Source of the DNA: Podarcis tiliguerta
Lineage: Eukaryota
Assembly (NCBI GenBank): GCA_965153285.1
Contig: OZ229113.1
DNA: 64,000 nt
Reading direction: 5' to 3' (one strand)
Both the position numbers and the translations under genes were made by a program. Under the pieces are notes generated by a model, which had not been told where the DNA came from, did not search any database, and saw nothing but the letters and a program-made list of their open reading frames with translations. Each line of letters starts with the position of its first letter. Within the stretch, counting starts at the first letter, position 1. Positions 50,468 to 63,385 of this stretch are shown one piece after another.

Positions 50468-52662
50468 ATATAGGATTTACCCTATTAGGGTTTTACTGCT
50501 GGACAATTTGCATGTATGTTTAATTTTTTGTAATAAATAATTTGGTATCTGTTTATACATCTTTTTCGATAATTTCATTTTTTGCTGTTTTCATATTATG
50601 AAGCACTTGGCCTTGGAAAAGTATCAATATATGGACATCCTTCCCCAGTCGGGTTCTCGCCAGACGTTTTGATTACAATTCCCATAATCTCTGACCATTG
50701 GAAGGCTGAGAAAGTCTGATAGTGATAAATAATGTTTTGCCTTGGTATAGGAGAAAATAGATTAGCAGAATATAGTGTTACCTTTTCCTGTCCAGTGATT
50801 CCTTCCTACAGATGTATCTATAACCAATTTATCCACCAAGTGGGACTCAGACATAAAATAAGCCCAGTTCGGGTGGAAATGGAAGCTGTGTGTGCATGAC
50901 AGGTGCTTTTTATGAAGAGAATTAGCAGGCGCTTTTCTGCCTACCAATTGTTCCTTACAAATTTTCATTCTTAAAGTTACTTTTGCAAAGTTAGAGGTGA
51001 AAACTCAGCTGGCCAACGTAAAATTAACTTTTTCCATATGTTTCCCCCCTGAAAAAATTGAAGACCTGTAAGTGATGCAGCTTATTTTTCCTCCAGCTTA
51101 GTTTGCATCTTATGCAATAATTTCTTACATTATTTCCCCCTTCTTACTTGTACCATGGAGGGAGAAAATGCACCAAATATGTGAGTCTATAATTTGAATT
51201 TCACTGAGGAAGCCTGCTTCCTGGCACCTTGCCAGTTTTGTGTATTGGATAATTTCAGCTTTACCAAACCTTTTCTATTTGGCTCCTTTTCTCAGTTTTC
51301 TCCCTAGTATATGAAAGACACAAGGATGGAAAAGCAAGGCCTGAATGGTTTTTTATCTCCATGTTTTAAGTAGTCAGCTCCACAGAGTAAACAATAAATT
51401 GTTCTGTTTGGCTAAGAGAAGATGGTCTCTATAAGCAGAATAAAATGACTGTTAGCCACACCCAAAGCAGTAAGGCTACCGGGCTGGTAAAGTAATTGAC
51501 TTGTAATACTACATAATTCATTCAACACTTAGAAACTTTGAACACCTCAATTCCTTCATAGCTAATTGTCCTTAAGGGGAATGTGGCTTGTTCACTGAAT
51601 GCTTACTTTAAGCAATGCAAACAAAACAGAAACTACATGTTTTATGTTGATTATATTACAGTTCCTTTTAAAAAACTGAAACATAAGAAATCTAATGCAT
51701 AAAATATCTGCCTATTTTTACTTTTAAAGAATTAGTATTTACTTTCCATTCTAAAGCTGTTCATAGTCAGGTTTCTACACAAAGTAAGCAAATAGAATGA
51801 GTTGTTTCCAAAAGATTTAATTTGACTGTCTTACCACATTGTAATGTGTAGAATTAATGCAGCACTTAGAAGCTGAATCATCCATTTCACAAGACTTAAT
51901 GCATACAGATTTAAATTCTTAAGCTCCAGTAATTAATGTGCTAAATGCATTGTCTCTCATACACTGGGTATATATTATTTTTGATTGTTAAATGTTTCCT
52001 AAATGAAAGTAAGTAGAAAGTGAACAGAATGCATATGAACCTTAGCATTTTTGCAGCCTTTCATAGTATTTTATCAAATAGAATTGTCTCTATGTGTGCA
52101 CGCATGCATAGGGACACAAAATATATGGGATTAGAGTAAGTACCATTGGATCCATCTGAAACACATTGTCCCGTTGTTATTTTGTTGGAAATAAGAAAAG
52201 TGGGGGGAAAGTCCTCTAAATTAGCATGACGTTTATTTGGAAACAGTGGTTTGGAGTTTAAATACTGCATGATTTAAGTTTAAGTTTAAATAGTGCTAGA
52301 GCAATCAATTAAGCTGTAATACTGAGAACTATGTTTTTCTATACAGTATTGGAAATAAGCCTTGCGCTAATGACTTGTGATGGGGTAACCTCTTTGCTCA
52401 GTGGGTCTGCCTGTATTCTGCCATAAGACAGTTGGTCTAGTAGAGCTGGTCTAGAAACTAGCACTTTTTACAAAAACACAGAAGAGCATAGTGTTGTAAA
52501 TATGTAGCAAAGTACCTTCCTAGGATAACCAGGTGGGAGTAACAGGGAAGGACACAGCTTTTCCAGAAAAGGAGAGTTTTGCTAGTGCAGTTAAAATATG
52601 AGAAAAGAAGAAAAGGGGAGAGATATAAAGAGAGGGGAATGATTGGACACTGAATCAAAAGC

Positions 52663-52863
52663 CAGTGCTAGATTAACCCCTGTGGAGGCCTCTCAGCATT
52701 CAAAACCCCCGCCCCGCTTGTGGGATAACATTGAACTAAGAAAGCTTGTAATTTTATTTCAAGATCAAATCAATATTATTTTAATCCATTGTTGTAGAGC
52801 CCCTAAAAAGTATGGAGCCTATGGTCCGGTGCCCTGTTCTGCCCATTTGGTAATCTGGCACTG
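52663..52863. mobile_element. hAT-like MITE
   Basis: TIRs CAGTGCTAGATTAACC / GGTAATCTGGCACTG; decayed 8-bp TSD TCAAAAGC / TCAACTGT. Confidence 0.7.
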
Positions 52864-53543
52864 TCAACTGTGCCTGTATAGTGATACTTTATGGGTAGGA
52901 TACTAGAGGAATTTATAAGAGCTACAGTGATGCTTTATTGTGTTTGGTAGCAAAAAGATATTTGGCTTGACATTTTGAAGAGGCCCTAGCTTGAATACAG
53001 AAGGGTTGGAAGACTCTCTTTAATATTAGGAACGAGCTGCAAATGTTCAGATTTGTTAGCCTTTGCTAGCTAACATTTCCAGACAAAACTGAGATGTAAG
53101 CAACAAGAGGATGGGGTGGGACATGGGGGCAAGTTGCTGATCTCTGATAATTTATCTTACAAAATGTAAAATAAAATATTTGTCGTTCATAACTTTTGCA
53201 TTATCATTTGACACATGGACACCACTTAAATATTGACTATATATGTATGTTTGTGTGCGTAATGGCTTCCTGTATGTGAGCTTATGGTTTTATGCCAATG
53301 CCAACTACAAGACTAGAAAATTGGCATGTTACAGAGTATTTGGGATAGAGTACAAAGAACTCTTCTATTTGGCAGTGGTGACTACATATTACCACATAGA
53401 CATATAATAACATGCAGAGGATTTAAAGCAGCTACATTTATATTCAAACACTAACAGAATTTCCATTTACCCAACCTTCTACACACTGAGAATGGACTGA
53501 TGTAAAAAAAACCCCTAACCTACCTACATACCTTGGAAGCCAG

Positions 53544-53901
53544 TGTCATGGGCTAGGAGTCAACTTCACCTGCAAAACAGCAGCCTGAAAGGGGAGAAAG
53601 CAGAATAACTCCACCTGCAGCTAATCAGCCTTCAAGGATAGGAGAAGGCACTGATGAGAACCAGCTGGCTTCAGACTTCTTAAACAGAGCTTTCAGCAGC
53701 AGCCAGATGCTGGAAATAATGCTTGTGGTTCCTGGGTCTATCTTGCTGCTTCCAGCTCTCCATTGGGACCCTATGATCATCTGGATTCCCTAACCTCTGG
53801 ACTGTCTGACTTCATATGTGGATTCTGCTCTCAGGCAAGTGTTCTTTAGAGACTCCTAGTCCCTGCTTGCTGGGCAACAGGACTCAGACAGGGCTACAAC
53901 A
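53544..53901 (+). mobile_element. Solo LTR (Gypsy-like)
   Basis: TGTCAT...ACAACA termini, internal TAATCA/CTTAAA promoter-like region, partial 5-bp TSD GCCAG / GCCTT. Confidence 0.55.
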
Positions 53902-54490
53902 GCCTTAAAGGTACAGAAGTATTTTGAGAGATGGAAACATCCTTTTAGGAAATGGGCTGAGAAAAAGCTTGAAAATTGAACAGCACCTACAAATATATTA
54001 TGAAGCAACCAATGCCCACGCAATCCTACTGCCCAACATACCAATTTGTCTGGGACAATGTACCAATCCTCAGAAGTACTGGATTTCTGGAGGGGCACAG
54101 AAAGCCCATCTGTGAATGGAATTCAGTTAAGTGAGTGGAATAATACTAGGATCCAAGCCTATGGGTATGCTGCTTCAATATGCTTGAACAAAGGACAGAA
54201 TGCTAGTGTAATAAAACAAAATACAGAAGTTTAGAAAGCAGAGATAAGTACATATTTGCTTGCCAGAGACCTGTTTTTTCAGTTTTCTGTTCTTGTTTAG
54301 TTTCACTGATACTGATTCTAGCATTAGCTTAGAAGTGAATTTTGAGGGCAGTCCTTTATTATTCCATGCTAAAATTTTATGTGTGAAATCTTATTGCCAA
54401 TCTAGTCCACAAAACTGGTTTAAAGTATTCAACAAAGCCTTCTGTGGGTGAAACACTAATATTCTGAATTATACCTTGGTATAGGTTACT

Positions 54491-54809
54491 TTTTTTTGCC
54501 AATCGCATGGTCGGCGGTTCGAATCCCCGCGGCAGGGTGCGCCCCCGTCATTCAGTCCCAGCGCCTGCCAACCTAGCAGTTCGAAAGCACCCCTGGGTGC
54601 AAGTAGATAAATAGGGACTGCTTACCAGCGGGAAGGTAAACGGCGTTCCGTGTGCTGCACTGGCTCGCCAGATGCAGCTTGTCACGCTGGCCACGTGACC
54701 TGGAAGTGTCTGTGGACAGCGCTGGCTCCCGGCCTATAGAGTGAGATGAGCGCACAAGCCTAGAGTCTGGCAAGACTAGCCCGTACGGGCAGGGGTACCT
54801 TTACCTTTT
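54491..54809 (+). mobile_element. Sauria SINE, subfamily B, 5'-truncated
   Basis: Matches 24270-24626; ACCTTT tail; 11-bp TSD TATAGGTTACT. Confidence 0.95.
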
Positions 54810-56221
54810 TATAGGTTACTGTTTTCTTCTTGTATTCGGCTGAATCTAACTAACTATTGAAATTAATGTGCCTAAGATACTCATGTTGATTTATATCAAT
54901 GGGTCTACTCTAAGTATGACCAGCATTGCATACAACCCATGGTTTCTGAAAGTAATCAGGAAGAGGGAAATTGCCCCAATGAATAATGAAGAATCAGAAG
55001 TTGCCAGGTCTGGTTTTATTATAGTGTAAATTGAATAATAAAGATTGTGTATTCTATGCTGATACTATATGAAGTCTAAAATGGGTAGAAGTGCCAGTTC
55101 ATAAGAATGGAATGTTATATGTATTTGGATATGCATTGTTGGTGATCAGAACTGACCACTGATATCTCAGTAGGAAGCAATGCTTCTACATGTTGGACAA
55201 GCATAAGGGATAGTTTATTAGCTTTCCCTTCCTGTTTATCGCTGTCAGATCTAGTAAAGGGATCAAACAATATGAAAGGACAAGTTCTCCTAATTTCTGG
55301 TATAAAATGTACTAGGCTTGATAGTAGTATTAAGTCAAAATTAATAGTTTCTTCTTTTTGTTTAAAAATAGCAGGCCTAGTAAAGTTACGATTACACTTA
55401 CTTTCTCTCTCTCTCTAACTAGAATATAAGATTTAAGTAATAAACAGTTCCAGATGCTAAAAATATGTAACAAACTTATGTGATTAATAAGTAATAGGCA
55501 GTACCTCATGAGCTCAGAAATTGTGGTTTTCCTTATTTTACATAAATATCTTACTGAGTAGATTTGTGTATTTGCCATGTGATTACAATCTTTAAAAAAT
55601 GTTTTGAAGGTGGAGTTCTTATCAAGCATGCATTATTTTTACGATCTGTTTACAATCATGGTTTCTAGTAGCTTTATTTAAGTGCATATTGTATTTCCTC
55701 TGTCAGGAATATGATTGCTTGGAAGTAAATAATTGTATGACAGCAGTCTTCAGAGGCATAGGCCATTGTCTTGAGCCAAGAGCATACATTTGTAAAGACT
55801 GTTGGTAATCTTCTTTTTGTATACATCTATTTGTATGTTCAGGAATGGGTTGGAGATTCTTATATGTTTAGATATAGTGGCATCCTAGGGTACAGAGAGT
55901 CATGTCTCGCTCCCTGTTCCTGTCTTGAGGATCCCTTCTGTGGAAAATTCTATAGAATCTTTCTCTGCACAAGATTATTCTTTTTTGTGCTTATTGCATT
56001 AAATCTTTTAGCAAATGATCTTGTGTATTTGGATCCCATGAATAAAATGTGGAGGGGAAAATATTTACATATGGTTGTATCTGATGATTGGAAGGCTTGT
56101 TCATCTTTTCTCCCCTTCTAAAAGGCCTCACCAAAAGAGTTGAGGGAAAAGGGGGTTATGAACAGTGTGGATTGTGCTGCAGGTTACTACTGTGTTTGCT
56201 AGAAATAAACTGAAATAAGAA

Positions 56222-56357
56222 CAGGCTTCCTCAACCTTGGCCCTGCAGATGTTTTGAGACTACAATTCCCATGATCCCTGACCACTGGTCCTACTAGCTA
56301 GGGATCATGGGAGTTGTAGGCCAAAAACATCTGGAGGGCCGAGGTTGAGGAAGCCTG
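56222..56357. mobile_element. Palindromic hAT MITE (136 bp)
   Basis: TIRs CAGGCTTCCTCAACCT / AGGTTGAGGAAGCCTG, TSD AATAAGAA / AATTAGAA. Confidence 0.93.
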
Positions 56358-57954
56358 AATTAGAACAACCTGCCATGAATGGAATTTAAGTGGTTCAAGA
56401 AACTTACACCCAAATTCAGTTATCTCCCCTCTCCCCCCATTCATGCTCATACAACACAGTCCACACTGCTCAGAAAGGCACTCCAATTTTCTGGACATGA
56501 CTTCTGGGGGTGGTGTATGCACAAGAGGAGAAAGGAAAGAGAGAGTTTGGTTAAGCAAACTGCTTTTTACTCACATCATTCTGTGAACTGCCCTGAGATC
56601 TTTTGCGGAAGGTTGGTATATAAATTTAATAAATATCTAAAATAAAAATATATCATAGGATACACTCCAGACAGTAGTGACTCTATTACAATGTTTTGAT
56701 AAATGGTTAATAGCCAGAATGGTTATCTTATTCAAAGTGTTTCCGCTGTACTAAACCTTAATATTCTGAAGCAAAGGCTAGCATTTACTGTAGAACAGTA
56801 TTTCAGGCACAGGATAAACTAAATGATCACCAAACCTTTAAGATAACAGTAATCAACATGTGTCCTTCATCAGCTTCTTAGAGACAATTAAGAAGGTCTC
56901 TACATGTTTCCCCAACAGAAACTGGTGTTTTCATAGAGATATGTGGCATTTGCTGGGTGTGGGCAGATTGGAGAGGGGAAATGTCCTAACCAAGTTAATC
57001 GCCAAAGCCACATCTGCTGCTGCTTTTTTATTGGAAAGCTTGACATGAAAGCCCCAGTTTGCAAGCTGGCTTTTTTGGGGGAAAATTCTTTATGTTGGAC
57101 CCTGGCTTTATTGCAAAATGCAATTAAGACCATATGTACAACATTCCTTGATCCAAATTTCACTGTATCCCACATGGATTTTGGAGCAATGCAGGGTAAC
57201 ATAAGTGCTGAATTATGAAACTAGCTGTACAGAAAGCATATTTTACAATATATATATTAAATACTAATTTCTACAACAGATGCATTTGCCTGCTTGAGAT
57301 TTTATCCCTGAATACGTAAGTTCTCTTGCATCTTAGGTTTTGGTCAGGCTTTCAGAGGTCTGGTTGACCTTATAGTTTTATAATGGCTGTAAAATGACCA
57401 TGCTGAAATATATATATTCTGCTAAAAAAATTAGAAAGCTGTATGACTCAGCCAATCAGATTGCTCACTTCTGCCAATTAGGCTTCCATAATATTCTATT
57501 ATGCTCACTAATATGAAACATTGAGAACTGGCAGGCAACAGTTTCTGCAGAATGAAATAGTTAGCATGATACTGCTATGAAAGACAAGTCTTGTAACATT
57601 TTTAAAGGATAGTTAAATACTGAATTATTGAGACTTGTAAAAAAAAATACTAGTGTTATTAATGTGTAGTTAACAAGTAGTCTTTTCCTGCCAAAAATAA
57701 AGAAGTCATACATTATTTTGATCTTCATGCATGCATTGTAAAGGAAAACTGTTGAAAACACCACAAAGTATTTTGCTGTCTATGGCTACAATCTACATCC
57801 CCTTTGCACCAGGCCAAGGGTGGGGGTATGGATTGGGCCAAGGAGTCCCTCCAACAAAGTGGAGTGATGCCAGTGTCAGTCTCCCAGCACAGAATCCCCA
57901 TTTGGCTCAACAAATGTGTGGGCAAGTGGAAGTACTTCTGGTAGGATCCCCTTA

Positions 57955-58105
57955 TATTATGTCATGTGGTTGGTCCATCCAGCTCAGTGTTAAACCACAT
58001 ACCAGTGGCTCTACAGGATTTCAGAAAGTGTTTTTAAAGCCATATATGGAGGAGCCCAGGGATTTAACATGGCACCTTTTGTATTCAAACCATGGTGGTG
58101 AGCTG
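57955..58105 (-). mobile_element. Decayed tRNA(Ala)-type squamate SINE
   Basis: TTGGTCCATCCAGCTCAGTGT...CAGTGGCTCT.CAGG.TTTCAG...CAGGGATT, the reverse complement of the 63207 family. Confidence 0.55.
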
Positions 58106-58226
58106 CTTCTGCTAGTTATATCCTGTTGTTTTCTTCGAAAGCTTGATTTTATTTTGCATATAGCTAATAGCCATTGAAATTTACTTTTCCATTAATTTGC
58201 TTTAAAGAGGATTTAAAAATCTAAGC

Positions 58227-58362
58227 CAGGCTTCCTCAACCTCGGCCTTCCAGATGTTTTGAGACTACAGTTCCCATCACCCCTGACCACTGATCCTGCT
58301 AGCTAGGGATCATGGGAGTTGTAGGCCAAAAGCATTTGGAGGGCCGAGGTTGAGGAAGCCTG
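58227..58362. mobile_element. Palindromic hAT MITE (136 bp)
   Basis: Near-identical to 56222-56357; TSD ATCTAAGC / CACTAAGC. Confidence 0.93.
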
Positions 58363-58718
58363 CACTAAGCAAACTTCCATAACTAAATTTTGTGGTGGTG
58401 AATTTTGCAAGTCATTTTCTTTGGCTAGTATAGTATTCTAGCATGTTTCCTCTGTTCTGATTTTATGAATCTACATCACATGCCACTTAGAATGTTCTGT
58501 ATTTGCAGCTAATGCATACTGTTTCTCTCACCTCTATTCTCATATGCGGGATGGGGGTATGACCAGAATGGAGAAGCAGTGGAGTATTACAACCATTTCT
58601 ATAACCAGCTCTTTTGGAGCATACATGGCAGGGCGATGTCAATGCACCTGAGATTTTCATTTGAAATGCTATTGCATATAGCAGGCTACTTTCTGTGTCT
58701 GTCAGGATCAGGTCAGAG

Positions 58719-58853
58719 CAGACATAGGCAAACTCGGCCCTCCAGATGTTTTGAGACTACAATTCCCATCATCCCTGACTACTGGTCCTGTAGCTAGGGA
58801 TCATGGGAGTTGTAGGCCAAAAACATCTGGAGGGCCGAGTTTGCCTATGCCTG
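58719..58853. mobile_element. Palindromic hAT MITE (135 bp)
   Basis: TIRs CAGACATAGGCAAACTCGGCCC / GGGCCGAGTTTGCCTATGCCTG, perfect TSD GGTCAGAG. Confidence 0.95.
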
Positions 58854-59406
58854 GGTCAGAGCATGTTCTTGATACTAACAAAGATTTCAGCAAAGAATTA
58901 AGGAAATATCCCAGTTATTGTACTATTTTAATAGGTTGCTTTTATCATGTGTCTTGCATTAGGGGAAAAACCCAATAAATTTGTTGGATGAATACATACA
59001 TTTCCAGTGATTAGAGTGACCTCAACAACCGCCACTCTATCTTTCTGCTTCATTCATATTTGACTATGTGATGGTTTCCCTGAGGGCAATTTAAAGCGAA
59101 GGCAAAGTAAAGGATAAATGAGCGTTTTCTCAGGAACCATTAAGAAATTGCCAAGATAATGAGTTTTGAGCAAAAAAATGGCCGTGTAAAAGAATCAGTG
59201 GTTTAGGTTTAGCCCTAACTTGGATAACTCCAGGTGCTCTGAAGAACATCTGTCACATGAGAGATTCTCTTCCACGATTTTTAGTCTTGCTGATATCCAA
59301 AGGCATAAAATTATTTAAGCTTCCAGTCTGAAAATTTGTTCCGGCTGCTTTCCAGAGCTTTCCACTTATCATTGGCCTCTACATAGATGTCTTTTAGTGT
59401 TATAAA

Positions 59407-59530
59407 CAGTGGCAGCTAGTGGGGTGTTGGTGGTGGGGCTCCATTGCTGTCTTGGCTTTCCCACACAACAGGTCACTGTTGCTAACCGATGGAAGCCAAG
59501 AGCGCAATGGAGCCCCACCAGCCACTACTG
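59407..59530. mobile_element. Hairpin hAT-like MITE
   Basis: CAGTGG / CTACTG ends, internal arms TGGTGGGGCTCCATTGC / GCAATGGAGCCCCACCA, TSD GTTATAAA / ATTGTAAA. Confidence 0.75.
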
Positions 59531-59706
59531 ATTGTAAACCTCTGGCCCAGGGTAGGAGCATTATTTGCCACTCCTCTGTCCTCTGGCAAGGATGATTAGA
59601 CTATACTACATTTTTCTAAAGATTTGGGGAATAGGTTTGATCCTGAGGGTTCGCTGCCCTCACTGATAGCCCTCTTGTTGTCATTCTATATATATTATAG
59701 GATGTG

Positions 59707-59842
59707 CAGGGTTGCCATATGTCCTCTTTTTCCAGGATACATCCTTTTTTTTCATGGGTAGAATCGTCATAGTGATTCATGGTTAAAAGTAGACGTCGGT
59801 AAATGTGTCCTCTTTTTTGCTGTTCAAAAGATGTCCACCCTA
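59707..59842. mobile_element. hAT-Tip100-like MITE
   Basis: CAGGGTTGCCATAT / ATGTCCACCCTA termini with repeated GTCCTCTTTTT subterminal motifs. Confidence 0.65.
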
Positions 59843-61896
59843 GGTGTAACAGATATGACAAAGCAATGTCATGGCTTTTGATGATGCATATGTTGAGACT
59901 TTCAGTTGGAAACATTTGTCTTCTTATGTGGCATATCTTGGGGCTGTAAGAATACCTTGTTTTTCCTCCTTATAGAAGCTGGTTCTCTTACTCTCTTCAA
60001 TGTTCTCATTAGAGTTGCTTCTCAGCAAGTTGACCAGCCAAGGAAGCTGTTAAAGTTTATGTAGCACAGCCGTTCTCCCGTGTAAATGGCCAGGAAAACA
60101 AACATCCCTGTGCAGTATCTAAGCTTTCCTGTTATAACCCGGTATAAATGGTACTGCCAAACTAAATAAGCAAAATACAAAATCATATGGTCTGGAGTTG
60201 AGAAACTATTCCTTTGCAAGGAAAATTGGAAGTAGATCAATATTCTCCAAATTACTAAAGATGAGTTGCCTCAATAATTGCAATATCTATTATTTCTTCA
60301 GGCTTATCTTTATTTTATTTCAAAACAATCCATCTCCTGGACTTTGTTAAGAGGATGTAGATAAAACAAGTTGGAGGAAAAACTTATTTAAGTGGGGAGG
60401 GCGGACATATCCATAGTACATTACCCATCGTAATGCTTATACTGGAATTGTACCAAATTCTAGTGAGAGTGTGCTAGTATCATTTTTCCCCCTAAAATCT
60501 TTAAATTTAAAATCGCAGTGCTCCAATGATATATTGTATTTGCATAGCAAGAATGAGGTTATTGTAACAGTTAAAGCATAAATGCTGAGTGATCCGTGGG
60601 GGAAGCACCTTTCTGCATCTAACAAAGTTTCACCAAGTCTGGCATTTCTTTACAAGCGTCCTAGCAACCATATCACACAGGGTAGTCCACTATAAATTCA
60701 CTTGTGGTCCCTTTGGTAGTCTACCAGTGATCTGCAATCATCTATCTTCCATGCACTAGTAATTAAATCCAGTTTGGCAAAAGTATAAGTTTGTAAAACT
60801 GTTACATATGTAAACCTGTTCTGCTCCTGCCCCATTTCATTCCCTTCCAGGGCTGAAAGTCGCGCACACACCTTTGTCGCGCACAAAATGGTTGTTCCCC
60901 GTACTGCCTTTGGAAACTGTATTTGCAGGTTAATTATTAGTTCTATTTTAGTGTGTGTGCTTGTGTGAATGATTATCATACGATATTTAGATTAGGACTG
61001 AGTTTCAATTTTGATGTTGCATTATCGGACAAAGGGGTTTTTTTGGTCAAACATGTATGCAAATTATGAGAAGATCCGATCTGTTTGTTTCATCCAGGTG
61101 CAAAATAGTGCACACAAGAAATTTCATGCAGCTGATATTTTTAAGACTTCATGATGGTGTGCAATACTATATGAACAAAAGATCTGGCTGCCTTCCTTAA
61201 ATGTCATGTATGAGCCCAAATGTTCTTCAGTGAATGGTGTTCCCAAACTGTTGCATTGTTTTTAGCCTCATGAGCAAGTGTGCAATCAAACAGCTTGTGT
61301 GTGGAAAACAAAAAATACTCTTTAAGCATGGCAATATTCCCACATGCTAATCGCTTCCATGAATAAATTGGCTGGCAACTCTGTATGTAGATTGTCACAT
61401 GTCATAAAAAATCACAGCCAGTCACGTCTTCCCAGTCCATGTTCAGACAGTAGAGTACTTTTTCTTCTTTATGGTGGATTACAATTCTTTTAAAACTAAA
61501 ATTAAAGCAGTAATTAAAGGCAACAATCTAGAACCTTGTGTATGCATCACACACATTTTCCACCACACAGTTCTTATTGAGCATTTCCTGGCTCTTTTGA
61601 ATAGTATATAGAACTCTGATGAAATGAAACAAATCTGGAATGTGCAAATATATTGTGAAATTATTAAGAACAGAACACTCGGTGTATTGGAATGCTGGGA
61701 GCAGTCCCTTGAAGCTAGTACACATCATGGTCCATTAACATTACTCTCTGTTGAGGCTTAAAATAAGATGCCAATATTCAATGAGTCTACATTTAACTCT
61801 ACTTTTGTTTGAAGATATTAAAATGTGAAGAGGAAAACTTTCTCCCAATTTTACTGCCAGTCAGCAGATGCAACAGATGCCCTCACAGCATCATGG

Positions 61897-62450
61897 CCTC
61901 TGATAGCATAGGTCCTGAGGAAGATTCAACTAGAAAGGGCAATGGTACTCCTGGTAGCCCCCCACTGGCCATGAAGATCTTGGCTTCTGACCTTAACCAA
62001 CCTAATAGTTTCCTGACCCTGACCTCTGCCTATCAGGGAAGACCTTCTTTATAAGGGCCACATTGGTACCACCTGCATTTATGGAAGTTGAAAGGAAGAA
62101 GTTCCTCAAAGGCTGGACTTCCAAACATTGGTGGCAAGACAATATTCTAGCACCCAGAAGATCATCCACAATATGCCTGTAGCAGAGGACCTGACAATGT
62201 GTCTGTTCCTGGGTGTCAAATGATTTTTTTTCCAAGACGAGCAACAGTTTTGGACCTCCACTTTCTGCTGGAAGGCTTATCTCTAGGCCTCAAGCCCAAC
62301 ACCTTGTGCTGTCAGGCCTCAGCACTTTAATCTATCCTCTTCAAAGACCTGGATTGGCTTATGTCAACTCAGCCATTCTTCCCATGTTTCCTTTGAGGAG
62401 CAATACATCTGTCCCCTCCAGTGCAACATAGGTTCCCCACCTGGGATTTG
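61897..62450 (+). mobile_element. Decayed DIRS retrotransposon fragment (methyltransferase-like domain and N-terminal tyrosine recombinase)
   Basis: Frameshifted peptides PLIA*VLRKIQLERAMVLLVAPHWP, PLPIREDLL, ILAPRRSSTICL*QRT, FLLEGLSLGLKPNTL..QASAL and GAIHLSPPVQHRFPTWDL, in the order of DIRS1 MT then YR motifs. Confidence 0.85.
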
Positions 62451-63206
62451 CAGCAAAAGTAGAGAAGTATTGCGGAGGAACTATAGGCAAAAAGAGACAA
62501 GTGTTGAAGTGCAATGCAATAAACAGCTGCTGACAGCCCGAGTGGGCTCTGGCAGTAGCATCCATAGCCCACTGTTTATTAGAATTCCTGAAACTTCCGT
62601 TTTTGTCATCTGTGTTGACAGTACAGGAAGTGAAGGTTTGAGTGATTGTGCCATCAGTATACTGATGACATGCAGCTCTTCAGCTCCTTTTCATCACACA
62701 CTGAGTGTTTTCCTTTGGTTTTCGTTGCATACTTTGGGAGAGATAAGGAAATGGCTTGTGTTGGAATTGTCTTGGCTGACATGAAACCTGTAGCTAACTT
62801 AAAAAATAATGTCAGCTGCTTGAAAGTAAATCTGGCATGTGTCACATTTCATTTTATTTATTGTAGTCTTGTATGTAACGGTCTTTCTCTAAGCATATCA
62901 GACTTGCAAGGTTCGCAGTTTCTTTGCAATCAACACAACAATTCTGTGAGTTTTGTTAGCCTAAAACTTACTAGTACTATGTTGTTGTTGAAGACTTGTG
63001 TGATGCTTGCCTTCATTAAAGAAGAAAGTGGTGGTGTTTTTTAATCATTTTCACCTGATGGTATCAAAACTACTTTTAGTGAAATTCAGCACTTTAAAAG
63101 TATTCTCTTTTATGAGCTTTGTTACTGTCATCGGATCCTGTTAATTCATATGATTAAACATATCTGCCATGTGTAACTGCTCTTCAGCTGTGAAATAGAG
63201 AACTAA

Positions 63207-63385
63207 GGAAGGGTCAAGGCTTATGGTACAGCACATACTTTGCATGCATAGGGTCCCAGGTTCAATTCGTGGCATATTCAGGTATGGCTGGGAAATGCTA
63301 TTGCCTGAAACCCTGGCAAGCTGCTGCCAGTCAGTGTACTGAGTTAAACTGACCAATAGTATGAATATATAAAAATTATGTTCTC
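63207..63385 (+). mobile_element. tRNA(Ala)-derived squamate SINE
   Basis: CTTTGCATGCA anticodon-arm remnant, B box GGTTCAATTC, body CCTGAAACCCTGG..GCTGCTGCCAGTCAGTGTA. Confidence 0.8.

Noticed and set aside
63207-63280. tRNA gene (and the tRNA-like heads of the Sauria SINEs)
   Set aside because: Degenerate cloverleaf that continues directly into a SINE body.
1816-63356. ORF-track entries as protein-coding genes
   Set aside because: All are 60-148 aa and many start at non-ATG codons. None resembles a host protein I recognise, and several simply overlap SINEs, MITEs, microsatellites or N gaps.
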